Shown piece by piece: positions 42,415 to 64,000 of a stretch of 64,000 bases of DNA. This stretch comes from Macrostomum hystrix. Its lineage: Eukaryota > Animalia > Platyhelminthes. Each line of letters opens with the position of its first letter. Position 1 is the first letter of the stretch. The DNA is taken from assembly GCA_950097015.1 (NCBI GenBank), contig CATNEN010000014.1:1736001-1800000 (forward strand). The letters run 5' to 3'. The notes below the pieces were generated by a model that was not told where the DNA came from, searched no databases, and saw nothing but the letters and a program-made list of their open reading frames with translations. Position numbers and translations under genes: made by a program.

Positions 42415-44322
42415 TTAGACGAGTACTCGATTGTTTCAATTGGTCAAGACGTGTACTCGATTGTTTCAATTGGTCAAGACGAGTACTCGATTGTTTCAAT
42501 CGGTCAAGACAAGTACTCGATTGTTTCAATTGGTCAAGACGAGTACTCGATTGTTTCAATTGGTCAAGACGAGTACTCGATTGTTTCAATTGGTCAAGAC
42601 GAGTACTCGATTGTTTCAATCGGTCAAGACAAGTACTCGATTGTTTCAATTGGTCAAGACAAGTACTCGATTGTTTCAATTGGTCAAGACGAGTACTCGA
42701 TTGTTTCAATTGGTCAAGACGAGTACTCGATTGTTTCAATTGGTCAAGACAAGTACTCGATTGTTTCAATTGGTCAAGACGTGTACTCGATTGTTTCAAT
42801 TGGTCAAGACGAGTACTCGATTGTTTCAATTGGTCAAGACGAGTACTCGATTGTTTCAATTGGTCAAGACGAGTACTCGATTGTTTCAATCGGTCAAGAC
42901 AAGTACTCGATTGTTTCAATTGGTCAAGACGAGTACTCGATTGTTTCAATCGGTCAAGACGAGTACTCGATTGTTTCAATTGGTCAAGACGTGTACTCGA
43001 TTGTTTCAATCGGTCAAGACGAGTACTCGATTGTTTCAATTGGTCAAGACGAGTACTCGATTGTTTCAATTGGTCAAGACGTGTACTCGATTGTTTCAAT
43101 CGGTCAAGGCGAGTACTCGATTGTTTCAATTGGTCAAGACGTGTACTCGATTGTTTCAATTGGTCCAAGACGAGTACTCGATTGTTTCAATTGGTCAAGA
43201 CGAGTACTCGATTGTTTCAATTGGTCAAGACGAGTACTCGATTGTTTCAATTGGTCAAGACGAGTACTCGATTGTTTCAATTGGTAAAGACGTGTACTCG
43301 ATTGTTTCAATTGGTCAAGACGAGTACTCGATTGTTTCAATCGGTCAAGACAAGTACTCGATTGTTTCAATTGGTCAAGACGAGTACTCGATTGTTTCAA
43401 TCGGTCAAGACGAGTACTCGATTGTTTCAATCGGTCAAGACGAGTACTCGATTGTTTCAATTGGTCAAGACGTGTACTCGATTGTTTCAATCGGTCAAGA
43501 CGAGTACTCGATTGTTTCAATCGGTCAAGACGAGTACTCGATTGTTTCAATCGGTCAAGACGAGTACTCGATTGTTTCAATCGGTCAAGACGAGTACTCG
43601 ATTGTTTCAATTGGTCAAGACGTGTACTCGATTGTTTCAATCGGTCAAGACGAGTACTCGATTGTTTCAATTGGTCAAGACGAGTACTCGATTGTTTCAA
43701 TTGGTCAAGACGTGTACTCGATTGTTTCAATCGGTCAAGGCGAGTACTCGATTGTTTCAATTGGTCAAGACGAGTACTCGATTGTTTCAATCGGTCAAGA
43801 CGAGTACTCGATTGTTTCAATCGGTCAAGACGAGTACTCGATTGTTTCAATTGGTCCAAGACGAGTACTCGATTGTTTCAAATTGGTTAAGACGAGTACT
43901 CGATTGTTTCAATTGGTCAAGACGAGTACTCGATTGTTTCAATTGGTCAAGACAAGTACTCGATTGTTTCAATTGGTCAAGACGTGTACTCGATTGTTTC
44001 AATTGGTCAAGACGAGTACTCGATTGTTTCAATCGGTCAAGACAAGTACTCGATTGTTTCAATTGGTCAAGACGAGTACTCGATTGTTTCAATCGGTCAA
44101 GACGAGTACTCGATTGTTTCAATTGGTCAAGACGAGTACTCGATTGTTTCAATTGGTCCAAGACGAGTACTCGATTGTTTCAAATTGGTCAAGACGAGTA
44201 CTCGATTGTTTCAATTGGTCAAGACGAGTACTCGATTGTTTCAATTGGTCAAGACAAGTACTCGATTGTTTCAATTGGTCAAGACGAGTACTCGATTGTT
44301 TCAATTGGTCAAGACGAGTACT
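42415..44322. repeat. 30-bp satellite, about 1.9 kb, with a self-complementary unit
   Basis: Unit GAGTACTCGATTGTTTCAAT(T/C)GGTCAAGAC. Confidence 0.97.
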
Positions 44323-44837
44323 TGCATAATAATTTTAAATTCCACACTCTCGTGTCTAACGTGTCATTGGATATCTGTAATTTTCACCTATGCATTACAC
44401 TTGAGCCACGTGAACTGCTTGATTTGTCTTCAGGCCATCAGCAAAATGGAGCACTGGATGAGTAGACAGAATCAATATGCGTTTGACAATCGCCATCTTA
44501 AATATGCTATTTAGTACTGTGTGCTTGTCGAAACTCTGATTCACGAATTGAACGTTGGGGGTTCGATTCCCGAATCGTGACTCCTCAGGTCCAATTTGTG
44601 TCATTCAGCAAGACAATCAAGCACAGTTTCAGTCCAGCAAGTTATAATAATCAATAGCTGTAATTAGTATTGTGCAGCATACGGCACAGCCGCAGCTATT
44701 GCGACATTAATTATACCAGTGGAGTCGCGAAACAAACCCCGACCTTCAAGTCGCGATACCGACACTAACCATTAGGTCAAAACCATATCTCAACAACTAT
44801 AAAGATATGCAAAGTGATTACGAGTAATAATCTAATT

Positions 44838-45012
44838 AGGGGGTCGCTGGCAGAGCGGTTAACGCGTTTGCCTCTCGCACCACGGTCCCTGAGCTCGATT
44901 CCGCGGCGAGGCCGCATTCATTTAGGGCGCAGCCGCGGAGAGAAGCCTTGGGGGCTCGCTGGCTGCGGGTCTAGTGTCACTAAATGATGTGCCATTGCCC
45001 ACAGCCCTCCTG
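44838..45012 (+). mobile_element. tRNA-derived SINE, family B
   Basis: A box TGGCAGAGCGG, B-box variant GAGCTCGATTCC, tail CTCGCTGGCTGCGGGTCTAGTGTCAC...GCCCACAGCCCTCCT. Homologous copies at 38337-38440 (+) and 40732-41530 (-). Confidence 0.65.
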
Positions 45013-47966
45013 CAATTATTATTATTATTATATAATAGGAGTTTATTTTTACTCTCCCTGTGGGTTTATGTTACACTTACATCACCTGTCCTGCCTGCCC
45101 AACCAGTCTTCAGGAAACGCCTTGGCAGGAGGGCAGCGGCAGTTCTGCTGACAGTTTTGAAGAGCTGCCAGCAATCGATCTGCACAGCGAGTGATTCGGT
45201 GAGTGTCATTGGATTGGAATTTAATAGGCTTCGTGGGCCACGTGGCTCAAATTATAACTGCTGGTCCCTTTTTATTACTTCGTCTCAGATATTTTACTCA
45301 GCGTCAGCACTGAAGTGCGCGAGCTGCGGACGGAGATGCGCTCCCTTGTGTTATCTCCTTGGTGGTGCCGCACCAGTCACTTTACTCTTTCTCCAAATTT
45401 ACTCGTACTTTTTAATTCATGTGTTAATCGTGGCATTGCATAATAGAACGGTTCAAATAAGTGGGATTACCAAATAATCCGTGGGAACCAGCTAAATCGT
45501 AATAAATAAGCCTTTTGTTTCTCTTCTTTACTTCGTCAAATTGAATTGGCGAAGAGACAGTAAGCCAGTGCGCTGCTGCAGGGCCAAAGAATGAGGCCAT
45601 GAGTACTTACTTATAGAGTGGACAACTCCGCAACACAGAGCCGAAGTCCATCGACGATAGACAGACGAATGCAAACTTAAATTGAGTGCAATATGATTCA
45701 ATACAGTATGTCTCTAACTAAATACTAATGCAAGACTATGTAATTCTAATGTTATCCTATAGGGCTAGTAGGCATTGCACACGAGACCTATGGAAGCCAA
45801 ACCTTAACCTTTACTTGCATCGTTGGGGCCTGGTGACTAGGAGTCAATACTAATCCTAAATATGTTTATAGACTGTCTCTATCTGTTCACGCTCAAACGT
45901 GTAAAAATATAGAGACAGATAAAGCGTGTCCAGATCGACCTTGGCCGGCCCCCCTATCTTGGGCGGCTGCATCCCTAAGAATCCCCTATGCATGAGTCCC
46001 TCTCTTGCTGAACCGTCTACTCCATGTGAACACCTCGTGTCCCTATTCCGGCCGTGGGCCTTGGGGTGAGCCACAAGCACCACTTCTCTTTTAGAGCGGA
46101 AGCCCCATTTCGTCAGGGGCAGTTGGTTGTGCTGTCCCGTAGGTGGCTGGTTGCAGCAGCCCTGCCGAGCAGGTACGTCCTACCATCTCACAACCCTGGT
46201 CTTTTTCCCCTTGGTCCCTGCGATTCTGGCCACTCCGTCACACCCAAAGCTACCAATATCATCAGAGGTGGAGTAGTACGGAGGGATGAGGCCCGGTTCC
46301 CCCTTTTCTATGCATTGGGAGCCGGCAAAACGCCTTCAGGCAGCGTTAAGCTGAAGAGGGCGACATCATTATACAAAAACTTAAATTACACGTACGTTAC
46401 ATACCATTAAGTAACCATTACTATATGGTCGCTTGCTGTTCGGCGCGTGGGAAACAGTATATGTACTGTACACCTTTCTCCACTGCCATTGTTTTTGTAG
46501 CCTTAATTATACGCAATATATTTTCTAATCAAATTTTGGCGCTCCTAACTTTCTTCTGTCAAACTGAAAACTAAAAAGGTATGGTAAAAAAGCTAAGAAA
46601 AACAATTAAAAGTGAAAGACTATATTTATTGAGGTTCTGTGAAATCAGCCATTGACGCATAATTTAGCCAGCATTCTGAAATTTTTTACAAAATGTTTGT
46701 TATAACGTCCTCAAGTTGTCAAGTTGTCGTTGGGGACGACATCAAGATATTTAGCACCATTGTTAATTTGCATTATTTACAAGCTATCTGGCCGTGACTT
46801 AACCCTTGGCCGAAACATTTTTCTGATACCAAATTTTTCTGTTAAAAGAAACAGGCCGAGACCTGAAAGGGGCTTTGCGGGCCAGCAAAGTGCTCATACT
46901 TTTTGTACTAATAAACTTTTTACTTAAAAGATAATAATTTTTTTAATACAAGCAAAATAGAGATTTATATTGCTTAGACTACAATATCAAAAAACTTATG
47001 CTACGTATATTTGATATAAACGACACATTCTAACGACAATCGTCCGTATGAGTCATCCCGGTATTTACAAGTAATTCAAACGTAAAAATATTGGCATAAA
47101 CATAGATAAAATGTTCATGCCTCCTTAAGCTCTGTTGCGAATGCAAGCATTAAGTTCTGGTTTCTCTCCGTCTCTTATATCGCGTCTAATCTCCACCCAT
47201 AAAAGAAGGAAAAAACCTAAAGGAAATACATTTTCGCAAATGTAAAAACCTAGTCATTGCATTACATTTTCCTTCCTTTTAGAGACTTTAGCTAATAAGC
47301 TGACAGTTTAGCCGATTCAGTCAATTAAGGCTTATATAGCCCACATTTTATTTGCATATTTATGAATTACGTTCCGACAGATTTGACAGGTATGATCCTG
47401 TTATTGAATAATTTATAATTATTGTTCTCTATTGTCTTTTATTTGAGTATTTTTGACATTGTGTGCTTGATACCATAGGCCTAGTCAAGATCATGCTAAA
47501 TGCATGCCAGAAGGAAAATTAAATTAGGTCCCCTGCTTATGTAAGACAATGTACGCAATGCTTTTAAAGAATTATTTGATTGCATGCCAAGTAAATTATA
47601 TATATATATATATGACAAAAACAGGGCAGAAAACATTGGCTGGAGCTCCAGCCTCCAGTGAGAAATTAAAAAAATTCCATTTTTTGGTTTTCTTGTGTTA
47701 CAGATCCTGGTTGTCTGAGTTAAAAGACACCTCACTCATCAAAATTGGTCAGGTAATAAAAAAGTTATTACCATTTTTTGATCAACATTTTAGTTGTTTT
47801 TGTAATGTATTTTTCCCATAAGGGGCTGTGATCCAGATGACTGGATAGATTTGACTTGGAAAACATAAAAATTGCAATAACTTTTTGTTTTTTAATGGCT
47901 TTTAAAAATACCAAAAGCATATTGTTCATTTTTTCACTATCTACACTATGGAATATATATATCTTC

Positions 47967-48543
47967 GGCTATGGTGGAGTTCCATTCGTTATATTATTTT
48001 TCAATTTCAAAATGGTGCCAAAAGCCCAGTAATACAATGGACGATTTGGCATGACGTGGCATATGTATGTCTATGGTCTAAAATTGACTGTTGGCTCAAG
48101 TCAAGACCTTATCAGCTCAAGTTGCTCAAGTTGCCTCAGCATAAATCAAAAGTACAAATCAACCCAAGCTGCTACTGGAGATGGCGGGTCGACCTGCTGC
48201 ACCATCGACGATTATTCTCCCAGGAGAGATTATGGCTGCTGTGGAACTATGCAACATCGATTGGACACTGCGGGACATGCACGCCATGACTGTGGACACA
48301 CTGGAGTACATGTGGCGCCGTCTATACCTAGTCAATGCATTCGGCAACTTCATGTATTGGGTGTCCCACTATTATCCAACTTGATGAACAGATAAGGAAC
48401 TGATGAACCTCTGATGAACTTTTCTGAGTGTCCTCGTGTTGTTTAAATGTTGCTGCGTTGGTCGTAAAACTTGTTTAACCTGTCCGCAGTCATTTCAAAT
48501 TGCAAAATAAAAAAACTAAAACAAATGGAACTCCACCATAGCC
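47967..48543. mobile_element. 577-bp element with perfect 20-bp TIRs
   Basis: GGCTATGGTGGAGTTCCATT (47967-47986) and AATGGAACTCCACCATAGCC (48524-48543) are exact reverse complements. No TSD is visible. Confidence 0.65.
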
Positions 48544-50451
48544 ATACCTTCTATTAAGACTCAGTATTAAAGTATTAAATTTCAATTTTACATTGAATAG
48601 GATTACTATGCTGACAAAACATGTTTATTTGTTTACAATATAAAACTATTTTGGCTTTAAAGAAGTGGCAAAGCCATACCTATTCCATAGCTTAACAAAT
48701 AGACATCGCATAGACATCAATTTACTATTTATAGTCAATTGCAAAAGCCATCTGAAATGCATAAAGGGTTACATTAGAGAAATATGTTTCCAGGAGATTC
48801 TGCTAAAGGAGTATAAAAAGGTTTGAGTATATCATATTCTACATAAAATTCTACATAAAATTTTAATGGGATACACTTGGAAAACACTATAACAATGTTT
48901 GAGCAGCCCTAACAAATTGAAAAAAAGAAAAAGCAAAAAATCAACCAAAACATTTGTGAAGTAAAAATGATGTCTTTTACTAAAGAATAATTGTTAATAT
49001 AAATTTTTATATCCTCTTTCTTAATTTTTAATTTGTTTAATTCAGTATCACTGCATTAATAAAATTTTTAAGTTCTAAATTAAGGTAGTTTTTTCTAAAT
49101 TTCGATCACAGAGAATACTTTAAAAAATAACAAATTTTGGCACTATATAACTTTTTTGCACTAATTTTAGCATATAAAAACACTTGTTGTCAAGTATATT
49201 TTATCTTCTTTCTATTGATAGTAGGCTTTATTTTCGTGACATAATTTATATTCTTTTTTTTCTTTAGAACATAGCTTTTTTTACTTTTTTCATTTTTTCC
49301 ATTTTTTGCTCACTAGAGTCCCTACTTAAGTCAAAATAGTCTCATAGTTACAAAGGGTGACAGTAATGGTAAAATGATTCTAGCAGGTTGAACAAGGAAG
49401 GTTAATCACCTGAAACATTGGCTGAGCTGCTGATATAGGAGCATCAGGACTTTTCCAAGTGTCGCTTGTCAACAACTTTGTTGATGGCATATCATGTAGC
49501 AAAATTTGCAATTTAAGCCTTGACTTACCAGTAGGTCACATCTGTTGTAAATATGAAACAACCTAAATACGAGTACTAAAGTGATTTAGTATTTAGTTGT
49601 TAAATAATGCATAATTATTTACAACTCAAAATAGTTTTGTTTAGAGTTAACTTTTTATCTTTTGTCTTTTTCTAAAAATCTGACATTTAAAATTTATATA
49701 AGCCCCCTTATTGTAATGTTTAAAAGGTGAAAATAGATTTACCAATTCACTAAAATTGCAAATAGAATACCTTGTCAAAGTAATTGGGTTGTTTTCAGGT
49801 TTTTGGCATTTTTTGTATGTACACCAATAATTGTAGGTAATGAATAAAGATGAAGTTCTATAAATGAGAAAATGTGTACATATTTAAATATTATTGATGA
49901 TAGTAGTTTCAAATTTTCTGCTTTGTAAGCCAAACAGTTTATTTAGAATCATTATACCAGCTCTAAGAAACTGTAGCAAAAGAAAATTTGTAAACAGAAA
50001 ATGAGTAAACATAATTTTGCAGTCAGTTAGGTAAAACATGCCGTATACTAAATTTGCATTGCTCTTCATGCCAAACAAATGTATTGAATCTAAGACTTTT
50101 TACTTCTTGATTTTTAGGCAAAACTTTAGTCATGTGCAACTATCACATCAGTGTCTTTTAGCTTTTATATATATTTATAAAAATTGAAATGATTTTGCTT
50201 TGCCTTTTAAGAATATTATATAACTTGACAATACAAGATCATTAAGATAGACAAGTAATGCTAATACATTAGCTAGCTATCTAAATATTGTTCTCTTTGA
50301 CAAGCCCTTACAACAGTAACAAAAAATATATTATAAACTTATTTCTACTGATAGTAACAAAATAGGGAATCACAACCAGCAGAACTATTTTATAAAGTTT
50401 TGTATAACATAATTGTAGATATATTGTCCTAAGGTCATTTTTTCAGTTAAA

Positions 50452-51049
50452 TAGTAGAACTACCAAGGGGTAGGGAATTCCCCCCTGACAATTTTTTTTG
50501 CTGCACCCGAACGGAACAATGCAAGCACACGAAACTCAAGAACATGGGCCAACTTTTTGTTGCGCATCTTCTGAAACAAGAAACAAGTCGGCAGCTCTTC
50601 AGACCGTCGAGATATTCAATGTTTCTGGCCGAAGGTCCGATTTTTCCCATAAGAGCTAGTGTATTTCATACACCCCTATACACGAATTTGCACTGCGCCT
50701 CAGTGCGGCCTTTCCAGACCTTCAAACTTTATCAGCATGTCACCTGAATGTGCTTGCATCATCTCCGACTTCGGCGGTCACCGACCTTTATCTATATCTA
50801 TCTCTCTTATCTATCTAGACCTTCAAGAGCTACAACAGGTGGAACTAGGCCACTATGGACACCCTGACGCGAATTTCTCCAATTTCACTGTTCAAGCCTA
50901 ACTATTAGGCGCAGCTCAACCACAGGACACCCTCGACTAGTCTGTCAACCAATCAGTCACCCCCAAAGCATTCAGGCGCTGGCAAAAGCATTTCAGGTGG
51001 GGCCCCTCGGTATAAAAACGGGCGGCAAAAAGGCTTGGTAGTCCTACTG
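50452..51049 (+). mobile_element. Non-autonomous DNA transposon (MITE) with 16-bp TIRs
   Basis: TAGTAGAACTACCAAG (50452) and CTTGGTAGTCCTACTG (51034-51049) are 14/16 complementary, with TTAA(A) and TTAA flanks. A homologous inverted copy lies at 58854-59315. Confidence 0.7.
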
Positions 51050-51710
51050 TTAATTAATAATAAAACTGCAATGCTGTTTTAAGGTACTTAAAGTCACTCA
51101 TGCATTATTATTTTAGATAAGCAGTTTCTATTTAATCATAAAATTTTTCTTGGCATAATCATTTTGGATGATTTTTTCTATTTTTCTTACAGCTGTAACT
51201 AGACATTTTTTACTGTGACAGCTGGACTTCTTCCTTTGCTAAATGTGCATAATAATCATTACTTAAGTATCTGCTTTTTGCAAATTAATAGTCTTATAGT
51301 TAGGTTTACTTTGAATCAATTAAGCATTGGCTATTGGTTTTGGCTTCATAAAACTGTTAGGATTTGTCCCATGGAGACAATATCACTGGTTTGACCAAGG
51401 CTGCCTTCAAATTCTCTATACAGCTACCATTTCTTTACATTTGTTTAAATCAGCAAGAATAAATTTGCATAGTAAATAGAATGTTACAGAGGGTTTTTAT
51501 TAAGTTAATTTCCTTAATTATAGTATTCTTTATTTTTGTTATTGTTGATTGTTGACTTGCTGCCGACAGCTGCACTGACCTGTTCATATTGACTAGATAA
51601 GTGGACTCGAGTTCACGCCACGCAATCTGTTGCACCTAATCCCTTAAGCCCCAGCTTAATCCTCAGCCGCAGCCTAATCCTCACCCTTCCAATTCCTTTT
51701 GCTAACCAAG

Positions 51711-63886
<12,176 letters not shown>

Positions 63887-64000
63887 TTGATGCCCCGACA
63901 GCCCTGAAGGACTGGAATTAGCCGGTCCCTCCTGTCAGTTTAAGTCTGCCTGCCCGTGTGTTTATTTGCTTTGCTCTGTTGCTCTCTCCGCGTCTCTGCG

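Noticed and set aside
42415-44322. CRISPR-like array (30-bp, partly palindromic unit)
   Set aside because: The units are contiguous with no unique spacers, there are no cas genes, and the context is eukaryotic. The same applies to the 28346-28851 array.
46320-46365. Hammerhead ribozyme (CTGAAGA plus a nearby hairpin)
   Set aside because: There is no GAAA core in the right place and no room for stem I.
49380-49560. Minus-strand splice-like signals (GTAAGT near 49528, TTTCAG near 49410)
   Set aside because: No coherent reading frame or exon chain could be built.
50945-51025. OGT core promoter (CCAAT, TATAAAA, GGGCGG)
   Set aside because: The motifs lie inside the MITE, and the TATA/GC-box segment is mirrored in its intronic copy at 58870-58900, so they are not evidence of the OGT promoter.

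Overview
Eukaryotic (animal) genomic DNA. GC3-rich spliced exons sit in AT-rich intergenic DNA, and nearly every intron holds its own minisatellite. This style suggests a flatworm such as Macrostomum (inference only). Exon chains rebuilt by hand with splice-phase checks support seven loci. (1) TMEM87-like seven-TM protein, minus strand, running off the left edge. (2) A type II membrane protein with a DUF4773-like Cys domain. (3) A DEF8-like C1 + Rubicon-homology protein, minus strand. (4) An ankyrin-repeat + Mab-21/cGAS-like nucleotidyltransferase (cGLR-type), disrupted by frameshifts and two exonic minisatellite expansions. (5) An orphan type I membrane mucin-like protein, minus strand, whose TM and tail exons are duplicated on the far side of the cGLR locus. 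(6) An SLC7 cationic amino-acid transporter. (7) O-GlcNAc transferase (OGT), which needs two GC-AG introns. Also present: about 34 tandem arrays, two tRNA-derived SINE families, a TTAA-flanked MITE (two inverted copies, one nested in a SINE), a 577-bp TIR element with coding-like cargo, and a 44-bp perfect palindrome with a 4-bp flanking duplication. No CRISPR array, rRNA or intact tRNA gene was found. Most long ORFs in the supplied track are translations of tandem repeats. The most interesting signals are the ANK-cGLR innate-immune-type locus and its context, the GC-AG introns in OGT, and visible evidence of how minisatellites arise inside exons and SINEs. Family assignments come from recalled motifs, not database searches.
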